Shown: positions 1 to 12,345 of the stretch, one piece after another
How positions within the stretch are numbered: the stretch's first letter is position 1
How the letters are laid out: each line of letters starts with the position of its first letter
DNA from: Paraglomus brasilianum
Lineage: Eukaryota
Direction: 5' to 3'
Length of the DNA: 64,000 nucleotides
Assembly (NCBI GenBank): GCA_910592345.1
Contig: CAJVPI010000045.1
Span: 1 to 64,000 of the forward strand
The notes under the pieces: model-generated
Database searches by the model: none
Told to the model about the DNA's origin: nothing
The model's input: the letters and a program-made list of their open reading frames with translations, nothing else
Position numbers and translations under genes: made by a program

Positions 1-1773
1 ATTTGCTTGTTTTCAGGTATTATCGCTATTTTCGCAAAAAAAAATTTTTTTTATTTTGTGATGATCGCACCATTTTGAAAACAGCAATAATAATAGCACT
101 CGATATTTAATACCTTACTTCGGTCTCCACGCCAGATTGTGGGGTCATGTAAATTTTCTTTCCTTACTTTAATAAACACGTCCTTAGCCTCGTGGAATCT
201 ACCAGTTTCGGCATTGCCACTACAACTCCATAAAATTAAAGCGTTGCTTTATGATATGCCCGCGCTCTTTCGTCATAATCATCGCCCTTTCTTGTCCCTC
301 GTGCATTTAACCAAAAATTGGTTATGTCGGGCTGTTCGATAGTGATGTTGTGGTGCCTCGGTCGTCGATTTCAAAGTCAGAAATAATCTCTTTGTAGATT
401 ATTACGATGATTGCGATCTTGATATGCTTAAATTCAGCAGGTACTCTTGTCCGATTCGAGGCTCTGAAGATAAATATCCTTTATCTAGGCGGGTTCGGAC
501 AATTTCGATACGTATTTCCATCGCTTCGTCATTTCGGTTGAGTTAATCCGATTTTGTACATTATGCCAGTCATCAGCTGAGTCCGGAAGAGATTGTACAC
601 TCTCAAAAGTAGTCCAAGGCATCGTCAAGGAGTTTCTGTGTCTGTGAGTTTGATGTTGAAAAGGAACGACGATACTGGACATAACAAAGTTCGTTTGAGA
701 GCGCAGGTGGGACTAGCTCACTGCGTTGTTCGCCGCTTTCATGAAAGGCTGTCGGCTTTTTATACAATCTTCCCATAATCAAGTAATTCGATATGAATGG
801 TCGGGTCTGTCCATGTTTATAGTTTTCAGAGTGCAGAGTCAGTTCAAGTGTCTATATAAGTTCTTTCTGCATAACTTCTCTTTTACCAGGTTATATTAAA
901 CCAACACTGACCAAGACCAAACCAAGCTGGAATCTTGTCATCAAACACACGACAGTTTGTCGGAAATGGTAAAAATCTTCAACACACGTGCTTGTCGATA
1001 ATGCAATAGAGGAGAGTCATTATAAACCTTTGCTCGTCTTGCCAAATCTAAATCTAACAGACTTTTGCCTGCTCATGCAATAGGGTTATGGTCGGGAGTC
1101 AATTTGTGATAAACCCAAACCCAATAGCTAATGCACGCCACGCGAACACTACATGTTGCTTTATAAGACAGGAGGATGGTGAATGTTAACAGTCTAACGA
1201 TATAGAAAGAGAGTAGTTGGATGCAAAACAGTGTTCATAATACTCATCTTACCTTTTTGCCAAGTTAAAAACTTGACAAGGAATTTTGCCTTTCACTCCG
1301 ATCTAATTGCGTGCAAGAATACAATAGCAGAAGGCTTTCGTCACTTTACAATAATGGTAATTCCTGTTCGCAATCACTCGTTTTCTAATAAACCATGCAA
1401 GTCTTACCTGTTATCCGCCGAGGAAAACGCTCCACGAAAGGCAGAATATGAGGATTCTTCCCAACCAGTTTTATCCGTTCGTACTGTTCCAGTGGATTCT
1501 TGTAATAGCAAGGTAGAGTAGATAATAAATTTGCTAGCGTTTTGGCAATCTAGGCAAATTGATTGTGACTCGGCGAAGGGATCTTTGTTTCTATCATCCT
1601 GCATTGAATATCGTTTGTATTTCTCCACCGTAATAACGATCGGACTTGTGTACAGTCTAACCCTCAATATAATGAAGTCAATGGGATGTAGGATTTTCAT
1701 TATATCCATCAAGAATTTGTTTCACCTTTCGCCCCCATCCTCATTGGAGAAATAACAACTACGGTCACGTAAT

Positions 1774-1909
1774 AAGGTGTCGCGCATTTTTCTCGCTCCG
1801 TTTATTCTCGGACTATAAAACGTGAGTCACAAAACCATTAATTTCAAGGTGTCGCGCGCTCTTCCTGCTCCGCTGAGTACATACAACTGAGGACTATAAA
1901 ACGTGAGCC
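1774..1909 (+). promoter_or_regulatory. Putative core promoter module (GTGTCGCGC ... GGACTATAAAACGTGAG), tandemly duplicated here
   Basis: aaggtgtcgcgc at 1774 and 1846; ggactataaaacgtgag at 1810 and 1891. The same module recurs on the opposite strand at 43119-43173 and 51838-51914. It contains TATAAAA and lies between divergently oriented gene remnants. Confidence 0.55.
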
Positions 1910-2706
1910 TTCCATGTTTGGAGTTTCAATAAGGGATAACTGAGCAGATATGTTAAAAGGTTTTGATGTCAATTAGCAGGCAGTGGGATAAGCGTTGAAT
2001 AGGTCCGATCGATCACTTGAAAATTCTTGCGAATCTACTTACGGTATTCTGGGTATTATTATTAGTTGAATAGGCGATTGGAAATGGGATGAGGATCATA
2101 CATAGAAGTATAATAATAACCCGCGCATTTCCGTCTGGCGAAGAAATGGGCTGCAATGCACGTGACTGGATTTCTTTGAAGGCAAACTAATAAGCTAAGC
2201 GTGAGCTGGCAAACCCGAATAGGAGTCAAGTGTCGTTGCTCCTGTTCATCTTAACGCACTTTAAACGATGGGGGCTATTCATTCGAAATTTGGGATTAAT
2301 GGATTAAATACCAAAGATTGATATCTTTATTGACAGTATGTGATTAAGTTTGAAGTGCCAATTAAAGATACATGAATAAGAAATAGAAGAAGAATGATCT
2401 ACTGGAACAGTATGTAAAAGAAAATGACGAAAAGAACAAGATGAACACCACCACCCAGAAATTGTCCCATATTGATAATCCATTCGACGTGTTGTTGGAC
2501 TATCAATAATAATAATATCTATAAATTTCGAACTGTTGATACTAAATAAACAACCAACTACAATAACAACTCGGCCGGCCGGGAAACTTCCCGCCACGCT
2601 TTTATAAAGCCATATTTTTCTTGGCAGGTATATGGTTAACCTGGCCAGAGTCCTTTCTCTTCTTCTCAGTGAGTAAGGTTTAACTGAGTAAAGAGACCGC
2701 GGCATC

Positions 2707-2830
2707 GATTTCTTCTTTTCCTCGGTTGACGAGGTAAAAGGTTTCGACCTTTTCTTCTTTTCCTCGACCGCGAGGTAAAAGGCTTCAAATTTTCTTCTTT
2801 TCCGCGACCGCGAGGTAAAAGGCCTCATCC
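2707..2830 (-). repeat. ~40-bp tandem repeat x3 (EAFYLAVEEKKK-like peptide on the minus strand)
   Basis: ttcttcttttcc(t/g)cgaccgcgaggtaaaagg repeated three times; absent from the paralogous copy at ~41350. Confidence 0.8.
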
Positions 2831-4989
2831 TTTTCTTCACCACCAGCTGCTGAGTGGGATATTGCCGTATGTTTGGGCCTTGGGTAAGTTTATGGGGAGG
2901 GTGGGCAAAGAGAGGACAGTAATAATTTATTCAACTTCTCTAATACCCTATAATACCCTCCGAGAGTGTAGTTTATTGAAAGAGTAGGCGCATGCATGAT
3001 ACTTGGAGTATATCTTGCCAGTGCGCATTTAATAAAAGGACGGTCTAAAAATGTCTTTAGGTGGAGGACATATTTTGTCCTTGTTGTTATATGGCCGAGG
3101 AGGCATATTTTGTCTTTTGTTAAGAAGAATAGCGTTGAAGCAAAAGGTGGGCACATTCTTATCAATTGCTGCGTCCTTATCATCACGAGCTAACAATGCC
3201 GCCGATAATTAAGTCAAAGAATGGCTGTACGACCATGAAATAATTGCCGATAAGACTTGTGAATGTGGTATTGGATCTTGTCTCAACATCTGGACAGGGA
3301 CTAACCGATCACTTCTATTAAAGGAGATAAGACACGATGATGTAAATACGATACTGCGCTAACGTATGTCCCTTTGTTGTTAGCTCTTGCGTCTTCTAAA
3401 CCCGTTCCACAGTAACACACGGACCAACCAAATTATCTGCGTTTACGTTCTGGGTAGAATGCTACTAGCTACTACAATGTCTTTCCGTTCGATAGTCCTA
3501 ATACATGGATGAAAGAATTCCCACCGTAAGCATACTTCTCTTCCATGAACATCTACTTAACCTTTTCCTAGGCTACGAACTTAAACACAACGTGTTGACC
3601 ATGTGCTCTTGTACACCGCTTCTCTTCCATATACTTTCTTTATAGAATTCCTTATTCCAACGTCCATATCATTCATCCTTGTTACGAGGAACTTAAACAC
3701 CAGCGTGTTGATCTGTGAAAGGAAGAGTCAATCGTCCTACTCAACTCCAACTGTGAATGGTGCATTCGCTTATCCTGCTGTGAATTGAATGTGAGAACAC
3801 TTACGGACTTCTTTGGACGAGAAATGGCTTTCACCACCACGTTGATTGTAACTGTTAAGACACTCACGCAACCTTGCATGCCACATGTCGAATACTCCAT
3901 CTTTTTATGCATCGGATTGCTCTTCATCAAGTACGTGTCAATCTACTTCTACATCAAGCACATCGTGTAGGTTACTCCACACTTTGTCTATGACAATCGG
4001 ACTAGAGCGATAACGAAAAAGAGCCGGATCAGGAATATGCTCATGCATAATGTACCAGTTTAGAAAAACGTTAGAGAGAAACCATATCGTTTAAAGCTAT
4101 ACGTTGTTGTCAATATTCTGTCATTGTGCAATCGAAATAGAAGATAGTGGATTATAATTTAATTTATTTCTAATAGGATCACTTCTACGTGACATGAATA
4201 ACCTTGTAGGTCTGCGTGATAAATACTATCGATATGTCGGCATCACCGAACCGAACGAGTCATCGTCTATCATCTCGAAAGGTTTATCCGACTTGATGAT
4301 GCCATACTTCTATCAACGCTCCTGTCAACAAACCATATAACGGCATATCAATTTAATCAACTCACACGACACCCCTTCCCCCATACCCACTACTTGAAGA
4401 CGTTATGAAGATTGCTTGAGACATTATATAATCTTGGTAGCAGGGAACACTTTAATAACAACGAATGGGCAGGAATCACGCTAAGCACAATATACGTATT
4501 AATATACATAATATTATATATATACAAGTTATTCGATTAAGATAGTAGATGAGATTAATACCGCACCCACCCCTATGGAATAACGACTTAATTATTACTA
4601 TAGAATAAAATCTTGACGAAGACCCCACATATTATTGTTCTTGTTGAAAGATCGCTTATGTTGCATTGCATGAATTGGGTGAAGGTGTGAATCTTATATA
4701 CATGCTCATTGTTGAAGTCTATCTCTTTTGGTGTGAACTAAATTTATCCTAAAAGACACAGCCATACCATCTTTCGCGTCTTTGGGGTTACAAGACATAA
4801 AAGTTGGAAATAGTGTCTGCAATGTAAGAGATAAAAAATAATCAAAAGGAAGTGGATAACGTGATTCCTTTGCCTCAAATGGATTGCTGCCCGATCAAAT
4901 ATTCATAACGAAATTGATGCCCGACGGTAAGTAACAATAGCGGGTAACTTATTTGTAGTATCAATGACTGGTTCGTATAATCTGGGAGA

Positions 4990-5520
4990 CAATTCAAAGA
5001 CATTTTATATTATCCCACATTCTCGTCGTTCCATCAGTTGGCAAAATTTCTATTTATCAGGTTACTGATAGCGGTGATATGAGAGAAGAGATATTGGACA
5101 ATCAGAATACGTATCTATCAATAACAATAACACTGTGTTCATCCAAGTTTTGGACAGCACGTTCAATCAGCCAATATGCCAATTACTACGTCATTGTCGA
5201 CAGTAACTCTGTGAAAAGTAAACAATTCGGTGAAGTGCTTGCAAAATTCAACACAAGTTAGTTGGTAATGCATTGTGGATGTAATAATATTAATGATAAT
5301 AAAAAGATTCAGAGGATGTTTATGCTGGTGAGTTACGAGGAATACCAATTTCACGTGGCGGATAAGCTCTATAATTGCTTATTAACATATATGCTTTATT
5401 AGACACTGTAAACGGATTATTGCGCTTGACCGCCAATGGAACATCTTATGATGATAATCTTCCTTCGGGGGACAGGATAGCGTTTTGTGATTCCATAAAA
5501 CGTCAACTTAGTCAAGTTAC
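4990..5520 (+). pseudogene. Fragment of a Glomeromycota-type expanded membrane/secreted protein family
   Basis: Frameshifted peptides VPSVGKISIYQ..., NNNTVFIQVLDSTFNQP.ANYYVIVDSNSVKSKQFGEVL, then an intron and DTVNGLLRLTANGTSY...IAFCDSIKRQLSQV. An inverted paralog lies at ~60080-60400. Confidence 0.55.
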
Positions 5521-6972
5521 CTGGTAATTTCTGCTTTGTCGAATCTTCTGTTAGTCAACCGCATTTGCATTCTAATCAAAGCTATTATTTTAGATATTGA
5601 AAGCAAGGCTAATAACGATAACTCAGGAAAATCAAACATGTCTAATCTCACTACTTTACCTAAAAACGAGTGAATGAATCTTCCTTTTCGATTAACATTC
5701 CTTGACTGTAACGAGGATCAGAAGCGATGGATGGTGAGATGAAATTGAAGTTTTCACACAATTTTATAATGCTAATTGTGTCTCGATTGTTGAGGTATGA
5801 GTTAGCTGATTTAGCTTTACGAATTGGGGGCGAATGTTTTTGGGGTTGATTATGATAAAGATGTTTACCTATTGTGGCTATCGCAAATAAAATTAAGTGT
5901 CTTTTAACTGTTATCCACATAGATGACTATAAATTATATTCACTTAAATTTTTGCTTTGCTAAGCAGGATATACATACATTCTCCCGCCAGACTTATGAT
6001 CTCGAATGGCCAGTAAGATGATAAATATTGGAAGGTCAGTCCACACGGTAGTCATCCGATATGCAAGCTCATGCATTGCTGTCGTCAGTTCACGTTTGGT
6101 TTCGACATCACGACGATAATCGAGAGCCTATTATATATCGGAATTTTTGACAGAATTATTAAGCGGTGGATGATGCTATAATTTGTAATATTAATTATAC
6201 CATCTGAATTGACATTTTTTTTTTCTGCAATTTCTCACCCAAATAATTACTCTCGATTCGTCCGTTATTTGGGAGACAGAATGATAGGTTAGTCTAATCA
6301 TGCGACATGCGAGAAAACAACATTCCGATTGCGGATAAGAATGCCGACGCGCTAATTTATCATAATGATATGCAGGGTCGACTGCCAAATATAGGATAAT
6401 TTATAATTTATAATTCGTGTGGTATCGCTGATAAACTGTTCAAGACACCCATGGGTAGTTAAGTCTCTTCCATTTCTACTAGGCGTACTGTATGCCTTTT
6501 TCGGTTATCTTAGTTCGATTCAACGTCTCGTTTTTAAAACTCTCAAGCTCGAAATTACTATTGTAAATGCAAGATTTATATTATTAATTGATATTTATTT
6601 TTATGTCTGTGTATTACCGTTACATGTTCGACTTTTCGCTCTAATACTAAAACTATAATATTTATAACTTGAATATCTAATGTATTGTCTGTTTTTACCC
6701 ACTTTATCTAAATTATATTTGGCGGACGGTATAAATTCAGCAACGTTATTGACATACACAGAATTCGCGCTCTTAACAAGATAATACTTGTTACGTGCCG
6801 TATTGCACGTAATTCCGATCGTTATCCAGACATCTCCTCGACAGAGCCGATTCCAGATATATGTAGAGCTTTGCCTTCGGATCATTGGGCATAATGACTC
6901 TCAGATGGAGTTACAGAATTACTTGCAGCTAAAGACGGGGCGCATCCATTCATTATTTGATATGGGAATGCG

Positions 6973-7433
6973 CATTGCCGTTGCCAGGTTTGACGACGTT
7001 AGGTGCGGAGGGTTTCGACAACAGCCCGATGTCGTCACAGATCCTGTTGGTATTGCCAGGTTTGACGACGTTAGGTGCGGAGGGTTTCGACGTCAAATTG
7101 GTTACTGACGACAGCCTGATGTCGTCACAGATCCTGTTGACCATTGCTGTTGCCAGGTTTGACGACGTTAGGTGCGGAGGGTTTCGACGTCAAACCGGTT
7201 ACTGACAACAGCGCGATGTCGTCACAGATCCTGTTGATAAGGCGTCATTGAATGCCATTGCTGTTGCTAGGTTTGACGACGTTAGGTGCGGAGGGTTTCG
7301 ACGTCAAACCGGTTACTGACAACAGCCCGATGTCGTCACAGATCCTGTCGTCACAGATCCTGTCGTTAACTGATGTCGTCCAGATCCTGTCGTTAACTGA
7401 CAACAGCCCCGATGTCGTCACAGATCCTGTTGA
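6973..7433. repeat. GC-rich tandem repeat: four ~72-114 bp units plus partial sub-repeats
   Basis: Near-identical core ttgccaggtttgacgacgttaggtgcggagggtttcgac(gtcaaaccggttactgac)aacagcccgatgtcgtcacagatcctgt at ~6981, 7053, 7150 and 7264. Confidence 0.95.
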
Positions 7434-8030
7434 TAGGCCTGTCGTCTTTAGATGCTGTGTTCAATGCTGTTGAGCTTGTGTTTTGATGCTGCTGTATCTG
7501 CCTTGTGTTTCGTGTGGTATATGCGTTTGGGAAGGATATTGCGTAGAAAGTTAAATAATACGTGGGATGTATAATATATGTCATGCGGTTTTATTTGGTT
7601 AACGAATGTTCGTATAGCTTATGTCTGCTTTGAGTGTTTACTCATGCCATTATATATGCCCATCCCTACACGTGACCTACAATTCAAATTCCCTTTATTT
7701 GTCTGCTTTTGTAATGACTAAACGCGACACTCAACCTGAAAATAGCAATCATTAATCATATAGGGAATGACAATTCCCAAATCGTGTACAACGACAAGTA
7801 CGCAACATCAGGGCAGCCTTCAAAAATAGACATAGTAATAGCAATACAGGTTATCTGCTTACATACCGACTTCCTCATCTGTACTAGACCCATGCTTGGC
7901 GTATTATTTTCAATGTGTAACATACGTAGTACCCATGGAATAATAGAATTAAAAATTTTTTTCGCGTGGATTATTTGAGGAATAACCTTTTTAATCACCA
8001 CTCGTTCGCAAAGCGACATTAACCATCACA

Positions 8031-8085
8031 TTAATACTAATACTAATACTAATACTAATACTAATACTAATACTAACGCTAACTA
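8031..8085. repeat. (AATACT)n microsatellite
   Basis: Directly visible hexamer run. Confidence 0.95.
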
Positions 8086-8416
8086 AGTCCCGAGGTCGGG
8101 AACCGTGCATTTAGGGAGTGTGTATTTAGGGAGTGCATCTATTTTCTCATGTTACATATTTGTGTATTACCGGACTTTATGTAATACGAATCAGGAGATT
8201 GATTGAAATCACGATAAAATTTCGCTCAAGGTTGTGGAACCTCTTTTCTGGACAATTCGTTGACTATAGAAATTCCGAGAATTCTTTCATCGTTTTCTTC
8301 GTCATTCCAGTCGCAATTTAATAATTCCTCATGCTGGGAAAAAAACGCCTCTCATTCTTCATTACTTATTCCCTCTTTCCTACTTGTGCAAGGTGTATCT
8401 AAGTGGCGTAAAGCAA

Positions 8417-8668
8417 TATCCTACGGCTGTTCAGTTCGTGAAGACTCCTTCAGTTCGATGCATGGAAAGAAGTCCTCGGGGATCATACGTGTCCTGGTGA
8501 CAATAGCTTGACAGCTTCTTTCCAGAATATTGGGGATCGGATAAATATCCTACGACTGTTGGAACCTTTTCAATTCGTGAAGACTCCTTCAGTTCGATGT
8601 ATGCAAAGAAAGTCCTCGGAGCCATCATATGTGTCCTGATGACAACAACAGCTTCTTTCCAAATACTT
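8417..8668. repeat. ~125-bp tandem duplication
   Basis: atcctacg...ttcgtgaagactccttcagttcgatg...aagtcctcgg...gtgtcctg...acagcttctttcca occurs at 8417-8533 and 8546-8668. Confidence 0.9.
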
Positions 8669-9389
8669 AGCGCAAACTTTTTCTGACCCCCATTGATTAT
8701 AGGAAGACCAAATTATGGTGAGTTTGCTTGGTCTAAAACTCTAAGTTGTGCCCCTTGGCAATATCATTTCAGATGCTAACAGCGCATATCTTTTAGAACC
8801 AGAGGATTTTCTTGGATTCACGAGCGCTTAATGGGCATAAACGCGAATATCTACAATGCACACTATTCCGACCATACCAACGTTCCGAGGTTGAATAGCC
8901 AACTGACATGCGGAACCAAAGAAGACCACAGTGAAGTTTAGAAGGCAGTTTTGTATTTCTAGATGGATTGGAAACAATAGAAGATCTAGGAAAAGTTGTA
9001 TTGGCAAATAGAGGATTTGACAAGCGAGGATTAGGACTAGAGAGGATGGGATTAGAAGCAACGGGTACAACTTCTGTGGGAGGAAAGAATAAGAGCTTCG
9101 GTAAGTTAAGATGTGTGGGAATTCGGCAGAGCGCAAGAGGAACTTGGAAAGGATTTTCGAGTATGCATGTTATAGCTGATCATGTTTATCTTAATATCCG
9201 TTATTCTGTCTAGGCTGTCCGCATTCAACAATAATTCAATGAAGTAACAGTCTTTACATTGAGACTGAAGATAATCGGAATTGGAGTGTTAGGTGATGGG
9301 GGAATACCCCACATTAAGACAAAGAAGAAACTAAATCCGCCGCTCTCATTGTTTCTGACGATCAAAGATTTACCGTCCGCAATCCGTTC

Positions 9390-9560
9390 CACAAAACACA
9401 AACCGTTAAATCGGTTTTTAATCTACCGCAGAAATTTAAATTATGCAGCCACTAAACAAATACCAAATATGCTCAGCAAAATGGATGTCTGAAGACAAAG
9501 ATGTCAGGTCATTCTTCTCTTGCTTGCACAAATAATGGAGCGATACACGAGAGCACTTTC
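9390..9560 (+). pseudogene. HMG-box (MATA_HMG-like) fragment
   Basis: KPLNRFLIYRR..., then after frameshifts TKYAQQ-WMSEDKDVRSFF-LLAQIMERY. This fits the HMG pattern P.N.F..YR ... W......K..F..LA. Confidence 0.6.
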
Positions 9561-9634
9561 GACAGCCGAACAGAGTGGTAAGCCCTTACGCTGGCGAAGA
9601 GTTCATGTACCAGTTCATTAATGAGAATGCGTTA

Positions 9635-9869
9635 CCGTATATTATCGTGAATAAGCACACCCACCCCCATGATTACCATGATTACCCGCACAATGTACCC
9701 CTCATTAACAGTTTATTACATAATGCAGTGATTATAAAATCATTCTATAATACAATTCTGGTTACTGTGATTACTATAAACTAACCCCCTAAGTTCGTTA
9801 TTTACGTGACGGTTTTGCCGATCATTTTCATATGATCGATGGGGTGTGCTTATTCACGATAATATACGG
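9635..9869. mobile_element. MITE (Tc1/mariner-pogo superfamily), 235 bp
   Basis: Perfect 28-bp TIRs ccgtatattatcgtgaataagcacaccc (9635-9662) / gggtgtgcttattcacgataatatacgg (9842-9869), flanked by TA on both sides; no coding capacity. Confidence 0.92.
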
Positions 9870-10914
9870 TATTCGAATTTCAACTTCAGCAATACGGAAA
9901 TTAGTCGTCTTCTTACTTAATTTGTATATTATTTACGATTACTTATATATGTGCTCTCTTTTTAAGTATATAATTCTCTTAAGTGCGTAATACCACAGCA
10001 TAATTGTGACAAGCTTTTATAATATTTGTGACGGTATATAAGAGCACGCATTGTACACATCATGAAATTGTAGTACGAAGTATAAATTTATTAACTTTCC
10101 TAGCATTAAATAAAGTCTTCTACATAGGCTATTATGACAAATAGGACGTTATTTATCGCGATTATCTAATACGATTGTCGAAGTGCTTGTCACTAACTAT
10201 AACATGTAGCGTATATATTCTTCTCTTTTTTTGTTAAATAAAAGACTTTGAGCAATATAGCACGGATTTGGCTGTAAATTTGCTGGATAAAATATGGCCC
10301 AAGCATGTTAGTCATAATACAATATCAACATTAGCTTTGTTGCATACTTTCATAAACCGATATTTAACGATCTGTAGTACCAGCCCATATTTACTTAGGG
10401 GTTAATTCTCAATTTTTTAAGTCGTAATTTTAATTGTATACATGGATTCTGCTTCGTGCTTGACAAACATTGTCACAGATGGTTTAATAATTCACAGTAA
10501 GAGATACATTGAAGAGGCTTTATAAAGCCATTTCAATTTGTTACCATTTCTTCAAGGATTGGAGGAAGATTATGGACAATGCCTCAATCCACAAAAGCAA
10601 GCCCACTATGAAATTTTTTGCAAATTCAGAAATGAAATGGCCTGGATCTCAATTCTATTGAGCACTTGTAGGACGAACTTGAACGTCGTATTAGGAAACA
10701 AATCCCAGCAAATTTATACCAAAATCTCATCCTTAGTATGAACAATAGAGTAAAGGCAAGTTTAAAGGCTAAAGGTTATGCCTAGTTATTAGTAAATGGC
10801 TTTTGTTTAAAAACGCAAATAAATGCGTTTCAAACATTCAAACAAATATGCAACTTGAAATTAAGTTGTTTTTTGAAAATTTTTATTAAATTTGCTATAA
10901 TTTTATAATAATTT

Positions 10915-10997
10915 TGGTTTCTCAACAACAAAGCAAGATATTTGGCTAACTTTGCTGCATTAGATAGCGCTTTCGAATGAGTGTAACTTTGTGCAAA

Positions 10998-11044
<47 letters not shown>

Positions 11045-11615
11045 GTGAATTGATTTTTTAAACTTTTAGACTGTATAACTTAATTTTAGCTTTCAAATGT
11101 TAGTTACATTTACATTTTATCATATTACTAGCAACACATTGCAATCTTTCGTAAATATGTTGTACACTAGATGCGCCAAGTTTAGTATTAATTTCATGGT
11201 AAGTGCATTGCTCTTTATGTCAATATTTGCATTTAATTGTAAAATTTAGGATGGTCGGTGATTGCTGAATAGTACTCTAAATTTAAAATTCATTTTCTCA
11301 ACAAAGAAGCAAGATATTCGGACAATATTTACAAATATTATAGCGCTCCTTTTGCGCTTTTTGATGAATATAAATTTGTGTAAATTTACATGTGGATTCA
11401 TTTTTAACAATTTTTTTAAACATTCGAGTCGCATACCCTAATTTTAACGTCTTTCGTTGAATAAACGTCGGCTCTAAGTAAATTCGTAAATTTACTATCT
11501 AACATATTGTAATTTTGTGTATATGTTACCTATAAGGTGTGCTAAATTCAGTATTAATTCCACGGTAATTTCATTGCTCGTTATGCCAATATTCTCATTT
11601 AATTGCAAATTTAGG
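10915..11615. repeat. Diverged ~370-bp AT-rich tandem duplication, with an (ATT)n run in the first unit; probably non-coding transposon DNA
   Basis: ctcaaca..aagcaagatatt..atagcgct at ~10921 and ~11297; agtattaatt..ggtaa..cattgctc.ttatg.caatatt..catttaattg.aaatttagga at ~11184 and ~11551; (att)n at 10998-11045. Confidence 0.75.
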
Positions 11616-12311
11616 AGCGGGAGTGTACGTCTGATAAGATTTTGGGAAGGGAGAAATAATCCGTTAAATAAATTATTTAGCTTACAATAATACATTTTAT
11701 GCAACTATTATCAAATATTACAAGCTATAATTCAAATACACGTTGCCATTATTAATTTAATATAGCCGTTGTCCGCGAAATTTATACGATATCAGGAAGT
11801 GCATACCAATTTACTGCTAGTACAGAAAACATTTTAAATTTTATGTAATTAAAAAATAATTAATAAAAAGTCTTTTCAATGTTAAAGCGGTTTGAGCATC
11901 AATGCCAGAGTTGGCCGGAAGCACTATTCAACCATTATGTACGTACTCTGGCTGTCGAGTTTGTCGAATTCCTTGGGTTCGAAACCTAATCCGACAAAGC
12001 TGATGTCTGGTGTCTGTTTGATGCAGACTTTTTCGTATCGTCCTTGGTTGATATTAGTGTTGCCAGCATAAATTCTGTATCTCGTTAACAGTATGGTCGT
12101 GCGTCCAGAGAGAGAAAACGTCATTGGATGACGTAGACTTTGCGTTGACGACAAGGTGTTGATGCTGCCCACTCATTCACCGTTATAAATTAAAATTCCG
12201 GAAAGCTTTTTTGGTAGTCTGTCTGCATTGACCCAAGCAAACGAGTCACCAACAATAAGCCACAAACGAGTGGCACACAAAAAGTGAAGTAGTCGACGTA
12301 AAGCCTACGTA

Positions 12312-12345
12312 CAGTGGCCTATCAAAAGTCACGGGGCACCCCCAA
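12312..12345 (+). mobile_element. Solo Tc1/mariner-type terminus (TA|CAGTGGCCTATCAAAAGTCACGG)
   Basis: Resembles the termini at 17376 (cagtgggctccaaaaagtcacgg) and 53428-53450 (reverse complement cagtgccgtctcaaaagtcacgg); the latter lies next to a Tc1 remnant. Confidence 0.6.

Larger units (their letters stand above)
1730..4885. repeat. Diverged segmental duplication, copy A (inverted relative to 39158-43235)
   Basis: Collinear reverse-complement matches: ccatcctcattggagaa (1735 vs 43220), promoter motif (1891 vs 43119), cagtcac block (2150 vs 41842), long near-identical block 2283-2490 vs 41620-41835, 3682-3775 vs 40260-40345, 4126-4177 vs 39965-40018, 4676-4825 vs 39325-39450, 4845-4885 vs 39158-39198. 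Confidence 0.9.

Noticed and set aside
2304..2843. 179-aa ORF as a functional CDS
   Set aside because: The frame is not preserved in the inverted paralog at 41350-41830, and part of the ORF is a tandem repeat.
6973..7433. CRISPR-like array (palindromic repeats)
   Set aside because: No unique spacers of regular length, no cas genes, and the context is eukaryotic with introns.
8110..8135. Telomere-like TTTAGGG motifs (also cctaacccta at ~23451 and ~38540)
   Set aside because: Only one or two units each; not an array.
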